DNA of 64,000 nucleotides from Candidatus Pacearchaeota archaeon. Its GTDB lineage: Archaea > Nanobdellota > Nanobdellia > UBA10117 > JAFCGA01. This document shows positions 38,517-47,036 of the stretch, piece after piece. The translations under genes and the position numbers were made by a program. The notes below the pieces were generated by a model. That model had not been told where the DNA came from, ran no database searches, and saw only the letters and a list, made by a program, of their open reading frames with translations. The stretch lies in NCBI GenBank assembly GCA_017608345.1, contig JAFCGA010000001.1:171036-235035 (forward strand). Reading direction: 5' to 3'. Every line of letters begins with the position of its first letter. Within the stretch, counting starts at the first letter, position 1.

Positions 38517-39663
38517 GCTGACACCCCTATAAGTTCGCCCTTGAAAGCTTTTTGAAGAATTGATTGTTTGAGTTCTTCTAAGTTTGAGAGTTTTTGAGTG
38601 TATATTTGTTCTAGTTTTTTGGATTCTTGTGAAATAGAATTAAGTTTTAAGACTAATTTTTTTTGTTCATCAATTAATTTGGGATAGGAAATGTAAATAT
38701 TTTCAAAAGAATAATTGTTAATTTGTGGAACTGAAGAACCATTATTAAGCGTACCCAAATCAATTCTCAGAAACCAATAATAAAGGAACTCTGAGTTTAC
38801 TAATTTTGAAGGAACCAACGCCATAGTATTCAAATCAACAATAGTTGGCTTTACTATTTTCCTTCTTTTATTAGTAAAAATCGCACCACCCCTTTTTGAA
38901 CAAATCGACTTGATGAATTCATGCAAATTTCATTACCCTTTAAATTCATATCAGCTACTTTTGTATATAAAATAGGACCTGAGGTCTGTTCAATTGCTTT
39001 TTGAATAGTGGTGCCACTTTTAAGATTACATACTTCAATGAGTTTCTTCTCTTCCCATCCTTCTCCTTTACTCTCAAAAACACTTTGCAAATAACTTTCA
39101 AAAACTTCTTTTGCATTCTTTAAGTTCTGTTCTGAGTTTTCTTTTGCTTTTGATATTTTTTCAAAAGCTTCATCTAAGATTTTGACTATTTGTTTTTGGA
39201 TTGGTAGCGGTGGGACAGGAATATGCATGGTTTTAAATTTCCCCATAGAAACTCCTCCAATTATGCCTGTCATTTTTGATTTAAATTGGTCTTGAAAATC
39301 TGCTGTATGGTAGAAATAAAAAACATATCTGGGCTCCATGAAATCAAATGGTTCTAATGCAAATAATTTATTTACAAAACAAACATCTTGTGGGTTGAAT
39401 GCTAATTTTCTACCTGCGCTTCCTCCTTCTGCACAAATGAAAATTGAATTTTTATGTGCTATTCTAAAATTACTTAATTCACTCTCAGGAATTTTTACGC
39501 CATTGTCATAATCAATTACGGAATCATAAGAAACATCTTTGGTAGCAATGTAAGGCATTCCGGAGTCAATGTTTAGGAATTTTTCCTTTTTGATTTTAGC
39601 ATTAATACTATTACCGCTAAAGATGTTTCCAATTTTACTTAACTCTTTTACTTCCCAAGTCAT
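38513..39663 (-). pseudogene. hsdS: Type I R-M specificity subunit, interrupted by a frameshift in TRD2
   Basis: Two overlapping ORFs (38854-39663 and 38513-38926) together give TRD1, central helix, TRD2 and C-terminal helix. The frames join if one base is added in the A5G4 tract (plus-strand C4T5, 38889-38897). Confidence 0.8.
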
Positions 39664-39664
39664 A

Positions 39665-41119
39665 TTATATTAACTCCTTTATTGATTTTAGAATGTCTAC
39701 ACTTGCTTTATCAAGGTCCGAGAGCTCGTTTAATATTTCTTGTGGTGCTCTAAGCGGTGCGTCTTCCTTCTTATTTGGATTCTTTACAGACAAATCAAAT
39801 GTATCGGTGTTAATGTCAGCTACATTAACAGTCCAAGAGTTTTCTGAATCTTTCTTCTCTTTCTGTAATTCAACAAACTCTGCAAGATCCTTCTCATTCA
39901 AAGGATTAGTTTTGCCTAAATTTCTATCCAGATTTAGTTGATAATACCATATTTTTTTAGTGGAAGTTCCTTTTTCAAAGAACAATACTATCGTTTTAAC
40001 CCCTGCGCCCAAGAAAGTACCCCTAGGCATATCTAAAATAGTATGTAAATTGCAATTTTCAAGCAACTGTTGTCGAAGTGAAACAGAGGCGTTATCAGTA
40101 TTTGATAAAAAGGTGTTCTTTATGACAATACCGGCTTTTCCACCTGCCCTTAATATCTTTATGAAGTGCTGCAAAAACAAAAACGCTGTCTCGGAAGTCT
40201 TAATTGGAAAGTTTTGTTGAACTTCTGCTCTCTCTTTGCCACCAAAGGGCGGATTTGCCATAACCACATCATATCGATCTTTTTCTTGAATATCAATTAT
40301 GTTTTCAGACAGTGTATTGGTATGAATAATATTTGGCGAACCAATTCCATGAAAGATCATATTCATAATTCCAATAATATAGGCAAGAGATTTCTTCTCT
40401 TTACCATAAAAAGTATTCTTCTGCAAGGTTTCTACATCATTTGTAGACAAATCTTTACTCTTTTTCAGATATTCAAAAGATTCACACAAGAAACCTGCAG
40501 AGCCAACTGCACCGTCATATATCTTATTTCCTATTTTTGGTTTTACAACCCTTACGATAGTCTTAATGAGTGGACGTGGAGTGTAGTATTCTCCTCCATT
40601 TCTACCTGCATTACCCATTTTTTGGATTTTTGCTTCATATAAGTGAGACATCTCATGTTTTTCAGCACTTGAGCCAAAACGTAATTGATCAATTAAATTT
40701 ACCGCCTCACGCAGAGTATATCCGCTTTGAATTCGGTTCTTTAGTTCACTAAAAATTTCTCCAATCTTATATTGAATCGTATCTGCAGTTTCAGCATTTA
40801 CTTTGAATTTTTTTAAATAGGGAAATAGCTTTTGATTGACAAAATCAATCAAATCGTCTCCAGTAAGTGCTTTATGATGGTCTAACTTTCCATCTTTACC
40901 CCTTGGAACAGCCCATACAGTCCATTGAAACTCAGGAGCAATTATTCTAGTATAGGTCTTTCCTGCTAACTGTGCAGAAGTTTCTTTTTCTTTTTCAAGA
41001 TCATCAATGTATTTTAGAAATAAGATCCAAGAAGTTTGTTCCACATAGTCTAATTCACTACTACAACCAGCGTCTTTCCAGAGAACATCATCCACGTTTT
41101 TAAAGATTTGTTCAAACAT
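39665..41119 (-). CDS. hsdM: Type I R-M DNA methyltransferase subunit (N6-adenine)
   Basis: 484 aa; HsdM N-terminal domain, SAM motif DGAVGSAGF, catalytic NPPFGG. Confidence 0.92.
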   Translation of the reverse strand: MFEQIFKNVDDVLWKDAGCSSELDYVEQTSWILFLKYIDDLEKEKETSAQLAGKTYTRIIAPEFQWTVWAVPRGKDGKLDHHKALTGDDLIDFVNQKLFPYLKKFKVNAETADTIQYKIGEIFSELKNRIQSGYTLREAVNLIDQLRFGSSAEKHEMSHLYEAKIQKMGNAGRNGGEYYTPRPLIKTIVRVVKPKIGNKIYDGAVGSAGFLCESFEYLKKSKDLSTNDVETLQKNTFYGKEKKSLAYIIGIMNMIFHGIGSPNIIHTNTLSENIIDIQEKDRYDVVMANPPFGGKERAEVQQNFPIKTSETAFLFLQHFIKILRAGGKAGIVIKNTFLSNTDNASVSLRQQLLENCNLHTILDMPRGTFLGAGVKTIVLFFEKGTSTKKIWYYQLNLDRNLGKTNPLNEKDLAEFVELQKEKKDSENSWTVNVADINTDTFDLSVKNPNKKEDAPLRAPQEILNELSDLDKASVDILKSIKELI

Positions 41120-41246
41120 TGCTTAATTTTTCCTCCATCATTAACTCAACTTGTCGTGATAATACTAAACCTAATTTCTTACATAGTTCGGAATATATCT
41201 GATATAATTCTGAATCGAGGCTAAGCGTTACATTTTTCTTTCCCAT
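41112..41246 (-). CDS. Small ribbon-helix-helix-like protein (44 aa), below the ORF-track cutoff
   Basis: MGKKNVTLSLDSELYQIYSELCKKLGLVLSRQVELMMEEKLSNV: beta-strand (VTLSL) plus two helices as in CopG/RHH; stop overlaps the hsdM start (ATGTTTGA). Confidence 0.5.
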   Translation of the reverse strand: MGKKNVTLSLDSELYQIYSELCKKLGLVLSRQVELMMEEKLSNV

Positions 41247-41334
41247 TTGTATACATTTGAAGATATTTGTAACCTTTTAAGTGTTTCTATTAAGTAGTAA
41301 TTACTGAGAATACCCACACGAACCACAATCTTCC

Positions 41335-42798
41335 TTAGCAGCAGGACACCAATTCCTTCAAAGCATCAACTATCCAAATCATCCCCTCAGTATCCAAGCA
41401 GCAATACTTCTCTAAATCCTTACGAACCTTCAACCTAACAGCATCAGAAACAGAGCCATAAGTAACTTTAGCAAACGACAAGCTAGCCAAGCCACCATTA
41501 TCTATCTCCAAACCCTCATAGCTCTTGCCAGTCACAGCAGGCAAAACCTTTTTCAAAGAAGCTGAACCTTTCTGCGAGCAGTCATAGTACCAGAACTTCT
41601 TAAACGGAACAATCAAATCAACGAACCGAGGTATCAAAGAATCAACCCATTCAGAGTATTCTTTCAACTCCTCTGCACCTTCTTTCAAAATCCGCTTCTC
41701 AAAGCTCTCATTATAGACTACAATGCTCCCTTCTGAACCAAGAACCTTCTTCAACGCCTTCATAAACTTCGGGCGAGGATCGCTCTTACCTTCATGCAAG
41801 AAAGAGATATGCTCAATAGAGCCATCCTCTTGAACTATATGTAAAGAAAACTGAAAAGGAATCTGCTGATATGGCTTTACGCCATCAAACAGCGGCAAGG
41901 CTGAATTAAACGTCTCAAAGTCCAGATAGTACAAAGGATATTTCAACCTGCCCAGAAACTTCTTCAATCCATTAACATTCAAGTGCGTTTGTTTATTCAT
42001 AGCGCACCAATGCTGAACCTCTTGATTCACAGTTAGTTTAAAGTCCGAGGGAATCTCTGGCATAATCATTATTCCGCGATCAAGCAATTCAAAGCATTTC
42101 TTGCCGCCGCGATAAAGCTGTGTTACGCTATTCTTAGGAAGCTCTCCCCAACACTCAGCTTTCAGCGGGCAATCGTATGGATTCTTGCAGTGCTGTCCTA
42201 GCTTCGACTTCGGCCGATCAGCATTAATAACTTTAAACATATCATCAATCCGCTCAGAAATTCCTTCGCTAACCTCAGAAACCTTATCAGTAATATCTAC
42301 TTGCATCATCAGCTTCTTCGGATCAATCGCTCCCTTACGCACATAGCTATTATCAACATGCATGACAAAGCATTTCCTTATGCGCAGGCCCGCCAATTCC
42401 CAGCAGTGCCGCTGAAACGAAACATCATGCAAATTAACATCTTTTACTTTTGTTCCGCTCTTTACTTCGATTATGTCCCACTTGCCAGCACCGACTGGAT
42501 TCAATATATCTGTCCGAGAATACAAATTATTGATCTTAATTGCAGCTTCCAATAGTGGTTTCCGCTGCTCCAGAGCTTCCTTAGTAGCGGTTAAATTCTC
42601 TATAAAACCCTCCGGAAGCACAACCGCTCCGGGAAATAGCTTTTTAGCTTGCTTTTCAACTAAATAACCTTCTTCAAACCGATGCTTAGCAGTCTCATCT
42701 GGCGCCGGAATACTAGCTTTATCATTAATCTTCACACAAAGAAGACTTGGACACTGCAGTCCAGCTAGATACTTGGATTTTGAGAGTAGCTTGTTCAT
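41335..42798 (-). CDS. DUF2779-family protein (Cas4/RecB-like PD-(D/E)xK nuclease N-terminal domain)
   Basis: 487 aa; N-terminus SKSKYLAGLQCPSLL typical of DUF2779, ..DIIEVKSGTK.. nuclease core, Cys cluster CKNPYDCPLKAEC. Confidence 0.65.
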   Translation of the reverse strand: MNKLLSKSKYLAGLQCPSLLCVKINDKASIPAPDETAKHRFEEGYLVEKQAKKLFPGAVVLPEGFIENLTATKEALEQRKPLLEAAIKINNLYSRTDILNPVGAGKWDIIEVKSGTKVKDVNLHDVSFQRHCWELAGLRIRKCFVMHVDNSYVRKGAIDPKKLMMQVDITDKVSEVSEGISERIDDMFKVINADRPKSKLGQHCKNPYDCPLKAECWGELPKNSVTQLYRGGKKCFELLDRGIMIMPEIPSDFKLTVNQEVQHWCAMNKQTHLNVNGLKKFLGRLKYPLYYLDFETFNSALPLFDGVKPYQQIPFQFSLHIVQEDGSIEHISFLHEGKSDPRPKFMKALKKVLGSEGSIVVYNESFEKRILKEGAEELKEYSEWVDSLIPRFVDLIVPFKKFWYYDCSQKGSASLKKVLPAVTGKSYEGLEIDNGGLASLSFAKVTYGSVSDAVRLKVRKDLEKYCCLDTEGMIWIVDALKELVSCC

Positions 42799-42821
42799 AA
42801 AGAATCAAGAAAAGCGGGACT

Positions 42822-42970
42822 TAAAAAGCTAGCGAGAGAACGTGAGTGTTTCGAGCGCAGCGAGCTAACTGCTTTCTTTTGGGGTACTGACGAATCGTAG
42901 ATTCGGCAGGATATCTGAACTAGTTCAGATATAATGCCTAGACCTTTTCTTTAGAAATCGCTATGCTTAG
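42822..42970. repeat. Mosaic intergenic repeat, copy 1 (with 46-nt insertion)
   Basis: Shares gagtgtttcgagcgcagcgagcta..ctttcttttgggg and aatgcctagaccttttcttt with copies 2 and 3. The insertion 42887-42932 contains hairpins cgaatc/gattcg and atatctgaac/gttcagatat. Confidence 0.8.
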
Positions 42971-42985
42971 AAACTATGGTCGAGT

Positions 42986-43408
42986 TTATCTATAAGATAC
43001 ATATAAATCTTCAAGGCCCCTTTTCTCTGCTATACTTAACATCTCCGGGCTTGCAATATTTTGTATATGAGTTACTTTTATATTATGGTCTTCTTGCATT
43101 ATTTCCAGCATTCTATCTATAAGAAAGGAACCGAGCCCTTTATGTTGGAGTTCTATATCAATCATTGCATATGGAACGCTATCATTTTCTACCTCACAAA
43201 AACCGATTTGTTCCCACTTTTCGTCTACAGACCTTTCGAGAGATAGGTAGACATAGGGTCTGCTTTCATTGGTAATTATCTTCCCGATTCGTATAGTATC
43301 TATTTTTCCATCTTTCCGTGTAAAGGGTACATATTGCCGAATACTGGCATATCTTTCAGTGCCAAGATATTTTTCTTCTGGTGCTTCTATTTTTATGCAT
43401 TCTTCCAT
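42986..43408 (-). CDS. GNAT-family N-acetyltransferase
   Basis: Motif A-like IELQHKGLGSFLIDRMLE. ATG 43408 (MEECIKIE..) preferred: the ORF-track N-terminal extension is built from the promoter element (TATA 43436-43443 plus recurrent motif). Confidence 0.6.
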   Translation of the reverse strand: MEECIKIEAPEEKYLGTERYASIRQYVPFTRKDGKIDTIRIGKIITNESRPYVYLSLERSVDEKWEQIGFCEVENDSVPYAMIDIELQHKGLGSFLIDRMLEIMQEDHNIKVTHIQNIASPEMLSIAEKRGLEDLYVSYR

Positions 43409-43432
43409 TTTCTTACTATAGCGCCAATTAGT

Positions 43433-43467
43433 GCATTTAAAAGACTTTTCTTTAGAAATCGCCATGC
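43433..43467. promoter_or_regulatory. TATA-like box plus recurrent motif (variant CTTTAGAAATCGCCATGC)
   Basis: tttaaaag 43436-43443 is 28 nt upstream of the GNAT ATG (minus strand). On the plus strand it is followed by the motif 43450-43467 and then repeat copy 2. Confidence 0.4.
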
Positions 43468-43595
43468 CTAGAGCGAGCTGATGAGCTCGCGATTACTTCG
43501 AGCGGAGCGAGCTATATGCTTTCTTTTGGGGTAATGCCTAGACCTTTTCTTTTGCAAAGAAAAGGGATTGGCTGTTTAAAAAGCTAGCGAGAGCG
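43464..43595. repeat. Mosaic intergenic repeat, copy 2
   Basis: Core agcgagctgatgagctcgcga..tcgagcggagcgagcta..ctttcttttgggg bracketed by the direct repeat atgcctag (43464-43471, 43534-43541); hairpin ccttttcttt/aaagaaaagg; tail tttaaaaagctagcgagag also found at 42823-42840. Confidence 0.8.
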
Positions 43596-43606
43596 AATCT
43601 AGGAAG

Positions 43607-44316
43607 CTAACTATTCCACTTTACCACAGCAGTCATATAAATACAGCCATCACAACTCGGCTCTCCTCCAGCCGCGCCAGTACAGAACAACTGAAGAGAA
43701 GTTGGTTCAGTATGTCTCAGATAAACAGGATCAGATGGTCCTGTCGGTTTCTCTCCAGGTTCAGCATCTAAATCCAGACTACAATAAGGAAATTGCTGTA
43801 TAAACTTCAAATGCTCGCAAGCATATAACTCGAGAGTTTTAATCTGAGATTGTATGTCATCAACTATTGCTCGTTCTCCGATCATTAAGCAGTCATTCCA
43901 CTCCGAAATCTCATCCCAGGGCTTAAGGGGTCGGCAACCAAGTAGTCCTCGTAGCCCATAAAAATATATCCGATTTAATTGAGTTAAATCAATCTGTAGA
44001 TCTAAATAAGCAGTCCATGGGCTCTCAGTTAATCCTCTCTGTGCCTTTTCTTTGATATACTTGGATAACACTCTATCAACTACAGTAGGATGCAGCTCTG
44101 TAACAACTTCGAAAATTACCCCTTCGCCTTTCCCTACATTCTTATCAATTATCTCTATCAAATCTGCAGGTATCTCTTTATCTTCGATCATTAATCGAGA
44201 AAACTGTTGCCTTGCAGCGAATAACTCTGCTTCATCTTGCGTAACATCACCAAAATGTTGAAAAGTAACTTGTCCATATTGTGTTTCGAACGTGGTCTCG
44301 ATTAGTTCCTTATTCA
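43607..44316 (-). CDS. Hypothetical protein
   Basis: ATG 44316 about 28 nt after TATA-like cttttaaat; 236 aa, C-terminal Cys-rich CTGAAGGEPSCDGC; no family recognised. Confidence 0.5.
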
Positions 44317-44374
44317 TTTTTCTCAAAGTAAAGTAGAAAAGGGAGATTTAAAAGACTACCGAGACAAGGAGAGT

Positions 44375-44719
44375 TCAATCCTCACTCCACGAGCCTTGCT
44401 CAAAGATCTTCCGAGGTACAAAGGGGATATCTAACAAATCTACAAGCTCTGCATCTTTGCTATGACCAATCTGTCCTTTGTAAACTTTGTCGCCTGGAAT
44501 AGCGAGCTCCTCTCTTTGCTGAAGAGAATATGCAACTGTAATTATAACCTCTCCAGCTCTACGTCCATAAACTCCGGACTCAGTTGTTACTTCTTTACCA
44601 GCTCTACTCCAGACTGTATCGCCGCGCCGTACAGCCGTTGGCTCTCCTTTTTTATAAAGCACGCTATAGCCATTTCCAAAGTCATGCACACCATTAAAGA
44701 GTATTAAAGCGTTGTTCAT
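44375..44719 (-). CDS. Hypothetical protein
   Basis: 114-aa ORF; TATA-like gcttttaattc upstream. Confidence 0.5.
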   Translation of the reverse strand: MNNALILFNGVHDFGNGYSVLYKKGEPTAVRRGDTVWSRAGKEVTTESGVYGRRAGEVIITVAYSLQQREELAIPGDKVYKGQIGHSKDAELVDLLDIPFVPRKIFEQGSWSED

Positions 44720-44800
44720 TATTAGTATTAATAATAAAGAGAATTAAAAGCTTACTCTTCGGAGCGAAAAATAATTATACTTCTATCACCTAATAATTAT

Positions 44801-45259
44801 ATGACAGAACTAGACATTATTCTAGCGAGGGTAAGAGCATTACACGACTATGGAGGACCAGACCCGCTAAGCTGGATGCAGCCCCGTAACTTAGAAGATG
44901 ACGTTTTCTTCACCCAGAAATCAGCGATTAGCAAAGAAGATTGGGAGAAACTGAATGATCGAATAGCCGAGCTAGGAACTTTCTACAGCGAAGCAGAGAG
45001 ACATCTCACACAGCTAGAAAGAACAATCTTAAATCTAATTCCCAAAGAAGGAGAGTTCCCACAAACACTGAAGGTTCAGGCAATGGAGATACTTAACAGA
45101 GAAGTTCCTTGGCGGGAGATGCAGACAGCTTATATTAATCTAGTCAAAGTTGGAGAAATTTATCCAGAACAATCGGAAAGATTCTTTCAGGTGATGATTA
45201 CCAATACATATCAACCAGATACATATATTAAGAAAGCCTTCAGAACAGGCAATCAATAA
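44801..45259 (+). CDS. Hypothetical protein
   Basis: 152-aa ORF; TATA-like aaaataattatac upstream. Confidence 0.5.
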   Translation: MTELDIILARVRALHDYGGPDPLSWMQPRNLEDDVFFTQKSAISKEDWEKLNDRIAELGTFYSEAERHLTQLERTILNLIPKEGEFPQTLKVQAMEILNREVPWREMQTAYINLVKVGEIYPEQSERFFQVMITNTYQPDTYIKKAFRTGNQ

Positions 45260-45265
45260 AGAATC

Positions 45266-45367
45266 AGAGCGAGCTGATGAGCTCGCGAGTGTTTCGAGCG
45301 CAGCGAGCTATACGCCTTTCTCTTTTGGATGCCTAGTTTTCTCTTTCGCGAAAGAGAAAAATGGCTG
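45266..45367. repeat. Mosaic intergenic repeat, copy 3
   Basis: agagcgagctgatgagctcgcgagtgtttcgagcgcagcgagctatacgcctttctcttttgg + atgcctag (45329-45336) + hairpin ttttctcttt-cgcg-aaagagaaaa (45337-45360). Confidence 0.8.
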
Positions 45368-45405
45368 AGCAACAACCTTTTATCTCTTAAATACATACAA
45401 ACCAT

Positions 45406-45777
45406 ATGAAACTACGGCCATGGATGCTAATCACTGCAATAATAATCAGCGCGCTAATGATCGCCAGCATAGTTATCTTCCAATTCTACGATCGGGCATT
45501 AATCGGCCCGCGAGTAGAACAAGCAGCTGAGCAAACACAAACTCCCACTTATTCTGAAACACTGCCGCCAATTCAAAACCCTGACGAACCAACTATTCCT
45601 GAAGAGAAAGAAGACGAGTGTCAAACAGCAGAAGATTGTATATTAGCATGTACCTGTACTTGCTATGGAATAAATGAGAAATGGCCTGTTTGTGGAACCG
45701 ATCCAATAGACTGCTCCCTAGAAGGTATTACTGGCTGTGACTGTGTTAACAATGCGTGCACAGAGATTAGAGAATAA
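45406..45777 (+). CDS. Membrane-anchored Cys-rich extracellular protein
   Basis: 123 aa; N-terminal TM helix, Pro/Thr/Glu linker, C-terminal domain with 10 Cys. Confidence 0.5.
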   Translation: MKLRPWMLITAIIISALMIASIVIFQFYDRALIGPRVEQAAEQTQTPTYSETLPPIQNPDEPTIPEEKEDECQTAEDCILACTCTCYGINEKWPVCGTDPIDCSLEGITGCDCVNNACTEIRE

Positions 45778-45778
45778 G

Positions 45779-46069
45779 CTATTCTTCACTCCGAACAGCA
45801 ACATAAGTCTGACCTTTCATAAACTTAAAATAATCGATAGGGCAATTGCAAAAAGCATCTTCCTTACCCTCCGCTAGCGCCGAGTTAACGTTTTCAATCT
45901 GCCAGCTAGATTTTATCACTTGCGGATCTAGCTTAGCAAACAGCTGATAAACCTCACAGGTTCTGAAATCACTGTCACCATCATAAGTACAATTCTCTCT
46001 TGCGCATCTGTTCTTGAGCATTCTTCCAAGCTCTTCACCAGAAATAATAATCTCTAATTTCTCTACCAC
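45779..46069 (-). CDS. Hypothetical protein
   Basis: 96-aa ORF with GTG start about 26 nt after TATA-like ctttttaatatt. Confidence 0.45.
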   Translation of the reverse strand: MVEKLEIIISGEELGRMLKNRCARENCTYDGDSDFRTCEVYQLFAKLDPQVIKSSWQIENVNSALAEGKEDAFCNCPIDYFKFMKGQTYVAVRSEE

Positions 46070-46150
46070 AAGTAGAACTTAGGATAAAATATTAAAAAGC
46101 CTTCTAGACAGAACGGCAGCTTTTTATCTATACTCCTCTTACTTATTTAT

Positions 46151-46579
46151 ATGAAATACGCTGGCTTCTGGATAAGAGTTGTAGCAGCCTTAATAGATGG
46201 TTTTCTTTTAATGATTGTTGTCTGGCCGTTTTATATTTATGTTCTTGGAATAAGCATGTCCACTATGACAATATTTTCTAAATCTTATTTCTCAATGGTT
46301 CTGCTGGGATTAGCAATTGGATGGCTGTATTCCGCGGGAATGGAGAGCTCAAAATATCAGGGAACCCTGGGTAAGATGGCTGTCAGTATCAAGGTAACGG
46401 ATATGAACGGTAAGCGGATCAGCTTTGGAAAGGCAACTGCAAGATTCTTTAGTAAATACCTCTCCGCAGTCATATTATATATTGGATATTTTATGATAGC
46501 TTTCACAAAAAAGAAGCAAGGCCTTCACGATTTAATCGCAAATACTCTGGTTGTTAAGAAAGCTGCCTCTAAAAAGTAA
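46151..46579 (+). CDS. RDD-family membrane protein
   Basis: 142 aa; YAGFWIRVVAALIDGFLL.. and ..GLHDLIANTLVV (R-D-D signature positions), 3 TM helices. Confidence 0.75.
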   Translation: MKYAGFWIRVVAALIDGFLLMIVVWPFYIYVLGISMSTMTIFSKSYFSMVLLGLAIGWLYSAGMESSKYQGTLGKMAVSIKVTDMNGKRISFGKATARFFSKYLSAVILYIGYFMIAFTKKKQGLHDLIANTLVVKKAASKK

Positions 46580-46589
46580 GACCTCATAG

Positions 46590-46976
46590 TTAGGCAATAG
46601 CGAGGTTGTAAAAGAGCGGGAAAACTGCAGCTCCTACGGCAACAGCTCTGCAAATTCGATCAACATAATGCTCAAGAGGTTTATCATGAGTATAGCCCAT
46701 CAACCGCCAAAGAGCTATAATTGTTTCATCATCTTCGCTAAGTTCCCAAGCTTCAGGCATATTTTCAACAGTCAGACGCTTCTCAGTATCAAAAATAGCT
46801 TCTAAGTTAGGAGCCCTTACTCTAAGCTCGTAATAATCTAGCTGTGATAAATCCTGAGTTGGGAGCGGTCTGCCCCTTCCAAGAGTCATTCTCGTATCCA
46901 GTCTCCATTCTTTAAAACTATCCGCTAGCGCAGGTAGATAAACTCGTCTCCAAGCGTATTTAACTAAATCTGTCAT
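46590..46976 (-). CDS. Tail-anchored hypothetical protein (paralog of 30145-30546)
   Basis: 128 aa; NLEAIFDTE, MGYTHDKP and C-terminal hydrophobic RAVAVGAAVFPLFYNLAIA align with the 30145 product; TATA-like cttttaaatgc upstream. Confidence 0.55.
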   Translation of the reverse strand: MTDLVKYAWRRVYLPALADSFKEWRLDTRMTLGRGRPLPTQDLSQLDYYELRVRAPNLEAIFDTEKRLTVENMPEAWELSEDDETIIALWRLMGYTHDKPLEHYVDRICRAVAVGAAVFPLFYNLAIA

Positions 46977-47036
46977 AATATCACTACTTGCTGGTGCATT
47001 TAAAAGAGTTTTCTTTGGGAATAGCCAGACTTCGAG

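Noticed and set aside
39693-40752. Plus-strand ORFs inside hsdM, and 37248-37445 inside hsdR
   Set aside because: Antisense to genes with clear methyltransferase or helicase motifs.
43409-43465. N-terminal 19 aa of the GNAT ORF (MAISKEKSFKCTNWRYSKK)
   Set aside because: This stretch is nearly identical at the DNA level to the non-coding promoter element upstream of the 6940-7920 gene (atagcgatttctaaggaaaaggtttttaaggg). It contains the TATA-like box for the downstream ATG at 43408.
43472-43492. C/D-box sRNA interpretation of the repeat core (contains cTGATGAg)
   Set aside because: No D box (CTGA) at the expected 3' position in copies 2 and 3. The TGATGA lies in the loop of a perfect hairpin rather than in a K-turn context.
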